Source: an uncultured Actinomycetota bacterium
GTDB taxonomy: Bacteria > Actinomycetota > Actinomycetes > Prado026
DNA length: 64,000 nt
Reading direction: 5' to 3'
NCBI GenBank assembly: GCA_963819215.1
Contig: CAWFVK010000001.1
Location: forward strand, 114,671 to 178,670
The position numbers and the translations under genes are program-made. The notes under the pieces were generated by a model. It made no database searches, was not told the DNA's origin, and was given only the letters and a program-made list of their open reading frames with translations. This document shows positions 21,210 to 31,964 of this stretch, one piece after another. Within the stretch, counting starts at the first letter, position 1. Every line of letters starts with the position of its first letter.

Positions 21210-22235
21210 GTGGCGACGCAGACTCCTTGCACGGTGATCGTGGTCGCGGGCGGCCGATCCACCCGGTTCGGCTCCGACAAGCTCGACACCCTGTTGGGTC
21301 CGACGCTCGACGGGCTCCCGGCTGACTGCTCCGTCGTCTGCGTGGGCCCGGCGCGGCCTACGGCCCGCGCGGTGCGTTGGGTGCGTGAGGAGCCCGCGTT
21401 CGCCGGGCCGCTCGCCGCGGTGGCTGCCGGGCTGGTCGCGAGTGACTCCGCGGTGGTCGTGCTGGTGGGCGGCGACATGACCGGCGTGGGGGCCGCCGCC
21501 CCAGCGCTGCGCGCGATCGCCACGGCTGGCCGGCCCGCCGCGCTGGTCGACGCGTCAGGCCGGCGGCAGCCGCTGGCGTCGGCATGGCCGCGTGCGGAGC
21601 TCGAGGGTCGGCTCGCCGCCATCGGCGAGACCGTGGGTCGCCCCCTGTCGTTGCTGCTGGACGTTGACGGCCTGGTCGAGGTCGCCGATCTCTGGGGCGC
21701 CGCGCGGGACCTCGACCAGGCGCCGCCGGCAGTCCGGCTGGAGCCGATGGACGCGGCCGGCTACGAGGCCTACGCCGACACGGTGAAGCTCGCCTATGCG
21801 ACGGAGCTGGCCGAAGCCACCGATCGTCCGCTCGCCGAGGTCCTGCCCGAAGCCGGCGACGAGCTCAGGCGGTTGCTGCCGTCCGGTGCTGCCACGCCCG
21901 GGCACCACGTCACGCACGTCGTCGACGTCGCCGAGGGCGGCCGCGTCGGCGTGCTCTGGGTGGGACCCAGCAGGCAGGAACCGACCCAGGCCTGGGTGTT
22001 CGACGTGGAGCTCGACGAGTCCGCCCGCGGCCGAGGGCTCGGACGGGCGGCGATGCTCGCCGCGGAGGACCTCGCGCGGGCGGACGGCTACGCGTCGGTG
22101 GGTCTCAACGTCTTCGGCCCGAACCGGCGGGCCCGCGCGCTGTACGACTCGCTCGGCTACCGGACGGTCCGGACGCAGATGAGCAAGGAGCTGGGGACCG
22201 TCACCGGGCCCAGCGCGGAGGGCGGCGCTCGATGA
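21210..22235 (+). CDS. MobA-like NTP transferase fused to a GNAT acetyltransferase
   Basis: N-terminal VAGGRSTRFGSDK, EEPAFAGPLAA, GDM; C-terminal RGRGLGRAAM, GLNVFGPN..ARALYDSLGY. Confidence 0.8.
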   Translation: MATQTPCTVIVVAGGRSTRFGSDKLDTLLGPTLDGLPADCSVVCVGPARPTARAVRWVREEPAFAGPLAAVAAGLVASDSAVVVLVGGDMTGVGAAAPALRAIATAGRPAALVDASGRRQPLASAWPRAELEGRLAAIGETVGRPLSLLLDVDGLVEVADLWGAARDLDQAPPAVRLEPMDAAGYEAYADTVKLAYATELAEATDRPLAEVLPEAGDELRRLLPSGAATPGHHVTHVVDVAEGGRVGVLWVGPSRQEPTQAWVFDVELDESARGRGLGRAAMLAAEDLARADGYASVGLNVFGPNRRARALYDSLGYRTVRTQMSKELGTVTGPSAEGGAR

Positions 22236-23016
22236 ACGCGGCCATGCCCTCGGCCGCTTCCGCGCTCGCGAACAGGGCCGCCGAGAGCTCCGCCGTCCAA
22301 CGGAACGCCTGATCGCGGTCGAGCACCGGCACCCGTCGCAGCAGCTGCTTGGTGGCTGCCAGCCCCTCGGGCCCCCCGAGCATGAGCTGCTCGACCCACC
22401 CCGCGACGGTCGCGTCCAACGCGTCGGCCTCGACCACTCGCGTCAGCAGGCCAGCCGCCCGCGCGCGCTCGGCCGAGACCCGCTCACCGGTGAGCATCAG
22501 CTCCGCAGCAGCCCGCGGGTCGAGCACGCCCAGGACGACCACCGAGATCACGGCCGGGGCGACGCCCACGCGCACCTCGGAGAACGCGAAGCGCGCGCCC
22601 GCGGCCGCGACCGCCAGGTCGCACGCGGCCACCAGCCCGTTGCCGCCGCCCGCCACGTGCCCCTGGACCCGGGCGATGGTCGGCTTGGGATGGTCGAGCA
22701 GGGCCTCGAGCACGGCGACGAGCTGCTGCGGGCCGGCCCCGCTGAAGCCGTCGGCCTGCTGGGCGGCTCGCAGGTCGGCCCCTGCGCAGAACACTGGACC
22801 CGTCGCGGTGAGCACGACCACCCGCACGCTGTCATCGACGGCCGCCTGCTGCAGGGCGGCGAGCAGCTGCATCAGCGCCTCCGCGCCGAGCACGTTGCGT
22901 GCATCCGGCCGGTCGAGCGTCACGGTGGCCAGGCCGTCGCGCACCTCGTAGCGCACGGCCGGTGCATCCGGGGCCGGTGCACCCGCGGCAGGTGCATCCG
23001 CGGCAGGCTCGGTCAT
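22201..23016 (-). CDS. Enoyl-CoA hydratase (AtuE/LiuC-like)
   Basis: FCAGADL, GGGNGLVAACD, FSEVRVG. Confidence 0.88.
   Translation of the reverse strand: MTEPAADAPAAGAPAPDAPAVRYEVRDGLATVTLDRPDARNVLGAEALMQLLAALQQAAVDDSVRVVVLTATGPVFCAGADLRAAQQADGFSGAGPQQLVAVLEALLDHPKPTIARVQGHVAGGGNGLVAACDLAVAAAGARFAFSEVRVGVAPAVISVVVLGVLDPRAAAELMLTGERVSAERARAAGLLTRVVEADALDATVAGWVEQLMLGGPEGLAATKQLLRRVPVLDRDQAFRWTAELSAALFASAEAAEGMAAFIERRPPRWAR
22961..23005. repeat. 3 x 15-bp imperfect tandem repeat coding the low-complexity N-terminus of the hydratase
   Basis: ggtgcatccggggcc / ggtgcacccgcggca / ggtgcatccgcggca. Confidence 0.75.
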
Positions 23017-24161
23017 CGGCGTCCCATCCCTTCGAGCAGGGCGATCACGCGCAGCATCACCTCGTCGGCACCCCCGCCGATGCTGAGCAGCCGGGAGTCA
23101 CGGAAGTATCGCGCGGTCCACGTCTCCTCCATGTAGCCCATGCCTCCGTGGTACTGCACCGCGATGTCGGCGACCTCGCGGGCCAGCCGACCGGCCTTGA
23201 GCTTGGCGACGGTGGCGAACTTGGTGACGTCCTGCCCGGCGACGTAGGCCTCCGCCGCGGCGTAGCAGTAGTGCCGCAGCAGGTCGACCTCGGCGAACAG
23301 CTCGGCCAGCCGGTACTGGAGGTGCTGGTTGGCCAGCAGCGGTTTGCCGAAGGCCGGCCGCTCGCGCAGGTACTCGACGGTCCGCCTCAGGGCACGCTCC
23401 ATGCCGGTCACCGCGATGTAGCAGCCGATGAGGCGCTCGTCCTGGAACTGCGCCATCTGCTGCTGGAACCCACGCCCCACCTCGCCGATGACGTTCTCGA
23501 CGGGCACCCGTGCGTCGGTGAACACGAGCTCAGCGGTGTCGGACGACCGGTTGCCCAGCTTGTCCAGCCGTCGCGACACGGTGAAGCCCTCGGTGTCCGT
23601 CGGGAACGCCAGCATCGACATCCCCTGGTAGCCGCCCTCGTCGGACGTCCGCACCAGCAGGCACAGCCAGTCCGCCTGGGTCCCGTTGGTGATCCACATC
23701 TTGCTGCCGTTGACGACCCACTCGTCACCGTCGCGGACCGCCCGGGTGCGGATGCCGGCGACATCGGATCCGGCTCCTGGCTCCGAGACGGCGACCGAGC
23801 AGACCTGGGTCCCAGCGATGGCTGGCGCGAGGAACCGGCGCTTCAGCTCGTCGCTGCCGAAGCGTGCCAGCGCGGGGGTGGCCATGTTCGACTGCACGGC
23901 GATCGCCATCGGGACCCCCGCGCACTCCGCGCGCCCGAGCTCCTCGCCCAGCACGACGGTGAACGAGTGGTCGACGCCGCCACCGCCGTACTCCTCGCTG
24001 TACTCGAGGCCGAGCATCCCCGCGGCTCCCAGCTTCGGGAACAGCTCGTGCGCAGGGAAGACCCCGGCCTGCTCCCAGGCGTCCACGTGCGGGTTGATCT
24101 CGCGGTCGACGACGGCGCGAACCGTCGCCCGGAACTGCTCGTGCTCCTCGGTGAACCTCAT
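23013..24161 (-). CDS. Acyl-CoA dehydrogenase (AtuD/citronellyl-CoA dehydrogenase-like)
   Basis: MRFTEEH, VSEPGAGSDVAGI, FQQQMAQFQDERL, SIGGGADEVML. Confidence 0.88.
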   Translation of the reverse strand: MRFTEEHEQFRATVRAVVDREINPHVDAWEQAGVFPAHELFPKLGAAGMLGLEYSEEYGGGGVDHSFTVVLGEELGRAECAGVPMAIAVQSNMATPALARFGSDELKRRFLAPAIAGTQVCSVAVSEPGAGSDVAGIRTRAVRDGDEWVVNGSKMWITNGTQADWLCLLVRTSDEGGYQGMSMLAFPTDTEGFTVSRRLDKLGNRSSDTAELVFTDARVPVENVIGEVGRGFQQQMAQFQDERLIGCYIAVTGMERALRRTVEYLRERPAFGKPLLANQHLQYRLAELFAEVDLLRHYCYAAAEAYVAGQDVTKFATVAKLKAGRLAREVADIAVQYHGGMGYMEETWTARYFRDSRLLSIGGGADEVMLRVIALLEGMGRR

Positions 24162-24832
24162 GCCTGCCACCCTCTCGTCCGTCCCGCGCCGACCGGTGCC
24201 GTGCTCGGATGCCCGCCCGCTGCCCCGTGCAGCCCGATCGCGCCGGCCCAGAGCTGGCTCAACGTGTGCACCACCTGCTCGACGTCGAAGGTCTCGCCGA
24301 GGTCGTGCCACCGGCGCGCGAAGCTCTCGACCATCCCGACCAGAGCGGGTGCAGCGAGGTCCGGATCGAGCGTGCTGTCGGCCAGCCCCTCGGCCTGGAA
24401 CCGGGTGAGGGTGCCGCGCGCCTTCTCGATGAAGGCGGTGCGAATGCCGTCCACCTGCTCGCGGAACACCGCGTCCGCCGCGGCCGCCTGCTCGACGACC
24501 TCCAGCATCCTGGCGTGCGTGGAGTACACGTGCAGGTAGCGGCGGTTGCCTTCCTCGATCCGCACCAGCGGGTCGCCGCGGAGGTCGTCCGGGACCTTGA
24601 CCGCCGTGAAGACCTCGGTGCGCAGCGCCGAGCACACCGCGAGGAGCAGTGCCTCCTTGCTGGGGAAGTACGTGTAGACGGTCCCGTGGCTGACGCCGGT
24701 CGCATCCGCGACGTCGGACATCCGGGTGTCGTTGAAGCCGCGCTCCTCGAAAACGCCACGGGCGGCCCCGATCAGGGCGTCCCTGGTCCGTCGGCCGCGG
24801 GCGGTGACCGGCAGGTCGGGCTGCGCGCTCAT
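24158..24832 (-). CDS. TetR/AcrR family regulator embedded in the Atu-like operon
   Basis: RGRRTRDALI..GFNDTRMSDVADATGVSHGTVYTYFPSKE; 4-nt overlaps with both neighbours. Confidence 0.9.
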   Translation of the reverse strand: MSAQPDLPVTARGRRTRDALIGAARGVFEERGFNDTRMSDVADATGVSHGTVYTYFPSKEALLLAVCSALRTEVFTAVKVPDDLRGDPLVRIEEGNRRYLHVYSTHARMLEVVEQAAAADAVFREQVDGIRTAFIEKARGTLTRFQAEGLADSTLDPDLAAPALVGMVESFARRWHDLGETFDVEQVVHTLSQLWAGAIGLHGAAGGHPSTAPVGAGRTRGWQA

Positions 24833-26656
24833 CCGGACTCTCCTGGCGAACGGGCCTCGAGCAGCGACTGCGGGAGGTCGACGAGCTTGGCGCGGAGGTA
24901 CTCCCCCAGCGCCTTGCCCTGCGGGTCGGTGCTGACGTTGTCGGCCACCCCGCGCCCGAGCAGGCCGTGCACGACGACGTTGACCGCGTGCAGGTTCGGC
25001 AGCTGGTGCACGTCGACCCGGTGTGGCTTCGTCTCAGGGAGCAGCTCGTGCACGCGGGAGGGGTCGAGGAAGGTGCGCAGCCAGCGGTAGTCCCGTTCGT
25101 CTCGTCCCCAGACGCCGATGTTCGCGTTGCCGCCCTTGTCCCCGGACCTCGCGCCGAACACTCGGCCGAGGGGCGCGCGGACCTGTGCCCCGCCCAGCCC
25201 AGCCAACGGGTCTGACGTTCAGGCCGGTCCGCGTCCGGCGTCGCGAGCAGCGCACCGGCCACGGCACTGCGTGCCTCGACGGCAACGGCTGGTCCCGCGC
25301 CGACGGTGACCCACTCCGTCACCTGCCGGGCAGCGACCGTCGTCGGCCAGTAGACGCCGTAGGGCGAAGCGCCCGTCGGGGCAGCCGGCGGGGTAGAGGC
25401 CCGGCACCGAGGCCAGCGCGAGCTCGACCAGCGGAGCCGTGAACGCCTTGCCCACCTTGGCCTGGTCGCGGTCCTTCACCGTCACCACGAGCTCGGCCTG
25501 CGCGGCGTGCTCCGTCACCGAGGGCGCGACGCCGGCATCGGAGCTGCCCGCACCGTGGCCCAGGAGCTGGACGTCCACGGCATCGAAGCCCTCCCGCCCG
25601 CCGGACAGCGCCGCCCACACCTGCCGCTCGACGAGCGCAGCCTTCGCGGGGATGTCCAGGCCGGTCAGCACGAACGTCATCGAGTTCCGGAAGCCGCCCA
25701 CCGTGGTGACGGCGACCTTGGCGGAGGTCGGGGCCGGAGCGCCACGCACGCCGCTGATCGCCACGCGGTCGCGGGCGAGCTCGGTCAGCTGGATCGTGTC
25801 GAACCGGGCGACGACGTCGGGGTTCGGGTACGGCGCACCGTCGATCTCGTAGAGGAGCTGCGCGGTCACGGTCCCGACCGAGACCAGCCCGCCGCTGCCC
25901 GGGTGCTTGGTGATGACCGACGAGCCGTCCGCGGCGACCTCGGCGATCGGGAACCCGACGTGCTCCAGGCCTGGCACCTCCGCGAAGAAGGGGTAGTTGC
26001 CGCCGGTCGCCTGTGCCCCGCACTCGATGACGTGACCGGCCACCACCGCACCGGCGAGCGCGTCCCAGGTCGTCGCGCGCCCAGCCGTGCTGCCAGGCCG
26101 CCGGACCGACGACCAGCGCGGCGTCGGTGACCCGGCCGGTGATCGACGATGTCGGCCCCGCCGCCCAGCGCCGCGGCGATGCCCCAGCCGCCGAGGTAGG
26201 CGTTGGCGGTCACGCCGGCGCGCCGAGCACCCGAGCGGCTCGCCGGTGTCGAGGTTGTCGAAGCGTGCCCCGGCCGCACGCAGCTCAGTCCAGCCGCGGC
26301 AGCAGGTCGTCGCCGGTCGACGTGGCGATCGTCGGCGCCAGGCCGAGCCGTCCCGCGAGCTCGTGCACGGCGTCGGCGCAGCCCGCGCGGGTCCAGGCCG
26401 CCGGCGTTGGAGACGACCCGGATGCCGCGCTCCAGGCAGGTGCCCATCACCTCCTCCATCTGGGTCACGAAGGTGCGGGCGAAGCCGCCGCCGGGACCGT
26501 CTTCATCCGGTGCCGCGCCAGGATGAGCATGGTCAGCTCGGCGAGCCAGTCGCCGGTGAGGACGTCGATCGGGCCGCCCTCGACCATCTCGCGAGCGGCG
26601 GCCAGCCGGTCGCCGAAGAAGCCGCTGCAGTTGGCGATCCGGACCGGCTCAGCCAT
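24829..26656 (-). CDS. atuA: Acyclic terpene utilization AtuA family protein (frameshifted)
   Basis: VRIANCSGFFGDR, GDWLAELTM, ANAYLGGWGI, GHVIECGAQATGGNY, ARSGDKGGNANIG, DPQGKALGE. Confidence 0.85.
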
Positions 26657-28712
26657 CGCCTGACCCGATGCTGTTCCTCGGGCTCCACCACGGCCAGCAC
26701 CTGGTGGGCCTCGACCGAGTCCCCGACCGCGACGGCCAGCCTGCTCACGACGCCGGCGAGCGCGGACCGGATCCGGTGCTCCATCTTCATGGCTTCCAGC
26801 ACCACGAAGGTCTGGCCGACGGTCACCACGTCGCCCACGCGACCTCGACCGCGCTGACCGTCCCTGGCATCGGCGCGATCGGCCCAGCGGCGGCGCCCCG
26901 GCCGTCGTGGTCGCTGAAGCGCGGCAGCTCGACGAGCTCGGCTCGACCCGCCACCTGCCGTCGACGCACACGAGCATGGCGTCCCCCTCGGGATAGCGAG
27001 CCACCGGTAGAGGCGCGGAGCCCGTCGAGCTCCAGGTCGATCGACGCCGGCCGCGGTCGCGCTGGGCGCGCAGTCGATGCCGCACCTCGCCGCACCTCGA
27101 GATCGAGCCATGGACCCCTAAGCCGGTAGCTGACCGACTGCGCGAGACCGTCGGCCTCGAACCGCACCGTCGGCGCACGCTCGACCTGCACGTTGCGCCA
27201 CCCGGCCGCGGCGAACCCGGCACTCGCCCGTGCAGGCCGAGCGCTCCTCGATCGCAGCAACCAGGGCGGCAGCTGAGGTGCGCCAGCGCGACGCGCGGAC
27301 GGCAGCGACGGGCAGGCCAGCTCGGGATGCCGGTCGAGGAAGTCGGTCGGGGTGTCACCGGCGAGGAAGGCCGATGACTCCAGGACGGCCACCAGCTGAT
27401 CCCTGTTCGTGGTCAGGCCGTGCATGCGGGTGCTGACGCAATGCAGCGGCCAGTCGGGCTGCGGCCGTCGCCCGGTCCGGACCAGTAGCCACCACCTTGG
27501 CGAGCAGCGGGTCGAAGTACGTGACACCACCGAACCCGGCCCCACGCTGACGTCCCAGCGAAGTCGGCACCGCCCGGCTCGAAGAGGCGCAGCAGGCCCG
27601 CCGACGGCAGGTAGCCGCCGCTGGGTCCTCCGCGTACAGCCGAGCCTCGATCGCGTGCCCGGCTCCGACCGGCACACGAGCCAGGGTCCGGAGCGACCCT
27701 GGGCGACCTCGAGCTGGACCCGCACGAGGTCGAGCCCGGTGACGGCCTCGGTGACGGCGTGCTCCACCTGCAGCCGGGTGTTCATCTCGAGGAAGAAGAA
27801 CTCCTGCCCGGCGCAGCAGGAACTCGACCGTGCCGACGCCGAGGTAGTCCACGCTGCTCGCCAGCGCGACGGCGGCGGCCAGCATCGCCTCACGCGCGGA
27901 GCCGGTCAGCCCCGGCGACGGCGTCTCCTCGACGATCTTCTGGTGCCTGCGCTGGATCGAGCACTCGCGCTCCAGCAGGTGCACCGCACGGCCGAGCCGT
28001 CGCCGAGCACCTGCACCTCCACGTGCCGAGCCCCGGCGAGGTACCGCTCGAGGAAGACCGTGGGGTCGCCGAACGCCGACTGCGCCTCCCGCCGGCCCGA
28101 CCCTGACGGCGTCGGCGAGCCGTCCTCGGCGCGCCGACCAGGCGCATGCCCCGGCCGCCGCCACCCGCAGAGGCCTTGACCAGCAACGGGAATCCGACCG
28201 TCTGCGCGGCCTCCAGCCAGGTGCCCGCATCGTCGCCGACCAGCTCGACGGACGGCGCGACGGGCACGCCCGCGGCGACGGCGAGACGCTTCGCCTCGAC
28301 CTTCGAACCCATCGCCCGGATCGACTCCGGCCGCGGACCCACCCAGAGCAGTCCGGCGTCGAGCACTGCCTGCGCGAAGGCGGCGTTCTCCGCGAGGAAC
28401 CCGTACCCGGGATGAATCGCGTCAGCGCCGGCCACGCGGGCCGCGGCGAGCAGCTGGGCGACGTCGAGGTAGGTCTCGGCAGCGGTCGAGCCGGTCAACG
28501 GCACGGCGACGTCCGCCTGCCGCACGAACGGCAGCTGGCCATCCGGCTCCGCGAAGACCGCTGCCGTGCTGATGCCCAGCTCGGCGCAGGTCCGGAAGAT
28601 CCGGCTCGCGATCTCGCCGCGGTTGGCCACGAGCAGCCGACGGATCGACCGAACCACCGGGCTCCTGCACGGGAAGCCCTTCGACTGGAGCCCCTTCCAC
28701 CGGCGCGCTCAC
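26649..28712 (-). CDS. Acyl-CoA carboxylase alpha subunit (biotin carboxylase + BCCP; AtuF-like; frameshifted)
   Basis: [49 protein letters not shown] biotinylation site. Confidence 0.88.
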
Positions 28713-30306
28713 ATCCGGAAGACGCCGAAGCTCGACGTCCCCTTCACCTCCGCGCTGTGACAGGCCGACAACGCGAGACCGAACGCGGTGCGGGTCTCGC
28801 GCGGATCGAGGATGCCGTCGTCCCAGACCCGCCCGGTGGCGAACAGTGCGGTGGACTCGCGTTCCACCTGGTCCTCGAAAGCCTCGCGGAACGGCCGGAA
28901 GGCCTCGGCGTCGAAGGCCGCGCCCGCACCGGCGGCACGCTGCTCGGCCACGATCGACATGACCCCGCCGAGCTGCTTCGGGCCCATCACCGCGATCCGG
29001 TGGTTCGGCCAGCTGAAGACGAACCGGGGGTCGTAGGCACGGCCGCTCATGCCGTAGTTGCCGGCGCCGTAGGACGCCCCGACCATGAGCGTCAGGTGCG
29101 GGACCGTGGAGTTGGACACCGCGTTGATCAGCTTCGCGCCGTCCTTGATGATGCCGCCCTGCTCGTACCGCGTGCCGACCATGAAGCCGGTGATGTTCTG
29201 CAGGAAGAGCAGCGGGGTGTCGGTGCGGTTGCAGAGCTGGATGAACTGCGCACCCTTCTGCGCCTCCTCGGAGAACAGGATGCCGTTGTTCGCCACGATG
29301 CCCAGCGGGTAGCCGCAGAGCTCGGCCCAGCCGGTCACCAGGGTCGATCCGTAGAGCGGCTTGAACTCCTCGAAGCGGCTGCCGTCGACCAGCCGGGCGA
29401 TGACCTCGCGTACCTCGAACGGCTGCCGCACGTCCGCCGAGACGATGCCCAGGAGCTCGTCCGGGTCGTAGGCGGGCAGCTCGGTGCCGCCTCGACGGGG
29501 ATGGGGCCGAGCTTGCGCCACCGCAGGTGCCCGACGATGTCGCGCCCGATGCGGATCGTGTCCGGCTCGTCCGCACCCAGGTAGTCGGCCAGGCCCGAGA
29601 CCCGCGCATGCATCGCGGCGCCACCGAGCTCCTCCTCGTCCGCGTCCTCGTCGGTCGCCATCTTCACCAGCGGCGGGCCCCCGAGGTAGACGCGTGCGGC
29701 TCCCGCCTGCAGCACGGTGTAGTCGCTCATGCCTGGCACGTAGGCGCCCCCGGCGGTGCTGCTGCCGAAGACCAGCGCCACCGTGGGGATCCCCGCTGCG
29801 GACAGCTGGGTGAGGTTCTTGAACGCGGCGCCCCCGGGCACGAAGATCTCCGACTGCCGCGTCAGGTCCGCACCGGCCGACTCGGTCAGGTTGATCAGCG
29901 GCAGCCGGTTGACCCGAGCGATCTCCATCGAGCGCAGCACCTTCGCCACCGAGGTCGGCGACTGGGCCCCGCCCTTGACGGTGGGGTCGTTCGCGACCAC
30001 GAGGCACTCGACGCCCTGCACGAGCCCGATGCCGGTGACGACCCCACCACCCAGCGGATCGCCGGTGCCATGGCCGGCGAGCGCGGAGAGCTCGAGGAAC
30101 GGGCTGTCCTGGTCGAGCAGCAGGTCGATCCGCTCACGCGGCAGGAGCTTGCCGCGCGATCGCAGGGTCGCCACCGACCGCTCGCTGCCGCCGGCCATCA
30201 CCTGCAGGTTCAGCGCGTCGATCTCGGCGAGCGCAGCGAGCATCGCCGCCCGGTTGGCGAGGTGGTCGGCTGCCGCGACGTCGACGGCTGAGGTGAGCGT
30301 GCGCAC
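28709..30306 (-). CDS. Acyl-CoA carboxylase carboxyltransferase subunit (AtuC-like; one frameshift)
   Basis: [49 protein letters not shown]. Confidence 0.9.
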
Positions 30307-30333
30307 GAACTTGACGCTAGCGTCAAGTTCGTG
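30304..30333. promoter_or_regulatory. 30-bp perfect palindrome covering the -10 box and GTG start of the Atu-like operon (probable TetR operator)
   Basis: CACGAACTTGACGCT/AGCGTCAAGTTCGTG; minus-strand TAGCGT at 30314-30319 lies 7 nt before the GTG at 30306. Confidence 0.8.
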
Positions 30334-30443
30334 TCGACGCCAGGCCTGGAAGCAGGACTGAGCCTCGAGCCGAGACGGTGTCCCGAAGCAGGACAGAATG
30401 CGAGGAGACCGGAACGCCCGGTCGCCTGAAGGGGAGGCTCGCG

Positions 30444-30725
30444 ATGGACGGCACGACCGCCGGACCGCTCGACCGCTGGGTAGCCGAGCTGTCGGCCGAG
30501 CTCGGGATCGACGTCGACGTCGACGTCCGGCTGCTGCTCGAGGTCGCGCGGGACGCCGCGCACCAGGTCGACCGCCCCGCCGCGCCGCTCACCACGTTCC
30601 TGGTCGGCTACGCCGCAGCGCTGCGGACCGCCGCCAACCCGAGCGAGCCGTCGTCCGCCGCCGTCGAGGAGGCCGCGGCCCGTGCGCAACAGCTCGCGGC
30701 GCGATGGACCCCGCCCGAGTCGTGA
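30444..30725 (+). CDS. DUF6457-type small protein (MobA-associated domain)
   Basis: W...ELGID....LLLEVARDAAHQVDRPAAPLTTFLVGYAAA; GGAGG RBS. Confidence 0.8.
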   Translation: MDGTTAGPLDRWVAELSAELGIDVDVDVRLLLEVARDAAHQVDRPAAPLTTFLVGYAAALRTAANPSEPSSAAVEEAAARAQQLAARWTPPES

Positions 30726-31885
30726 GCCAGAGCTGGTTCGACGCGCGAGCGGCCGCTGCCTCGTTCGCGCCGCTCGAAGCTGCGGCTGTCCCGCTCGTCG
30801 CCAGCGAGGGCTTGGTGCTGGCTGCGGAGGTCCGCGCCGCCGCAGACCTGCCTGGCTTCGACACCTCGGCCATGGACGGCTGGGCCGTCTGCGGCGACCC
30901 GCCCTGGGACGTGATCGGCGCACGCCTGGCGGGGGCGACATCACCCTCGGGCAGGGCGCTGGCCGGCGAGCCGTTGCGGCCGGGGCAGGCCCTGGTCATC
31001 GCGACCGGGGCGCGCGTGCCGTCGGGCGCTGACGCGGTGCTCCGCAGCGAGGTCGGCCGGCTGGTCGACGGGCAGCTCGGCACCGCGCAGGTGCCCCCAG
31101 CGGGCTGGGACATCCGGCGCAGGGGCAGCGAATGCGTGGAGGGGGACGTCATCGCCGAGCCGGGCATGGTCGTCACGCCCGCCGTGCTCGGCCTGGTCGC
31201 CGCGGCCGGGGCCGACACCGTCGTGGTCGTCCGCCGGCCCGTGGTCCAGGTGCTGGTCCTCGGGGACGAGCTGGTGACCCGCGGCACCCCCGCGGGAGGC
31301 AGCGTGCGCGACGCGCTCGGCCCGATGGTGCCCGCGTGGTTGCGCGGGTCCGGTGCCGAGGTGCTGCCGTTGCGCTATGTCCCCGACACGGCCGACGCCC
31401 TGCGTCGCGAGCTCGACGAGCTCGCCGGGGCTGACCTGGTCGTGACGACCGGCTCGACCGCCCGGGGCCCGGTCGACCATCTGCATGCCGTGCTCGACGA
31501 CGCCAAGGCTGAGCTGCTCGTCGACGGGGTGGACGTCCGGCCCGGGCACCCGATGCTGCTGGCACGGCTGGTCGGTGGGGTGCCGCTCGTGGGTCTGCCC
31601 GGCAACCCGCTCGCCGCGGTGGCCGGGTTGCTGACCTTGGCCCTGCCCGCCCTGCGCGCGCTGCGGGGCCTGGAGCCCGCCGAGCTCGGCTCGGTGCTGC
31701 TGACCGAGGCCGTGGTCGGGCACCCCCGCGACACCCGCCTCGTGCCGCTGCGCGCCGGCGCTCCCGTGCGGCACGTCGGCCCGGCCATGCTGCGCGGACT
31801 CGTGCACGCCGATGCGATGGCCGTGATCGCCGCCGGCGGCGCGCCGAGCGGCGCCGTCGTCCCGACGCTGTCGCTGCCTCGCTGA
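30722..31885 (+). CDS. moeA: Molybdopterin molybdotransferase
   Basis: DLPGFDTSAMDGWAV, TGARVP, GDEL, VRPGHP, LPGNP. Confidence 0.9.
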   Translation: MSQSWFDARAAAASFAPLEAAAVPLVASEGLVLAAEVRAAADLPGFDTSAMDGWAVCGDPPWDVIGARLAGATSPSGRALAGEPLRPGQALVIATGARVPSGADAVLRSEVGRLVDGQLGTAQVPPAGWDIRRRGSECVEGDVIAEPGMVVTPAVLGLVAAAGADTVVVVRRPVVQVLVLGDELVTRGTPAGGSVRDALGPMVPAWLRGSGAEVLPLRYVPDTADALRRELDELAGADLVVTTGSTARGPVDHLHAVLDDAKAELLVDGVDVRPGHPMLLARLVGGVPLVGLPGNPLAAVAGLLTLALPALRALRGLEPAELGSVLLTEAVVGHPRDTRLVPLRAGAPVRHVGPAMLRGLVHADAMAVIAAGGAPSGAVVPTLSLPR

Positions 31886-31964
31886 CGTCAGACGGTGGGG
31901 CACCGTCAGGTGGCTCGCGCGCCGTCGACTCGCGTGCCGTTCCTCGGACCCTAGGCTGCAGAGC

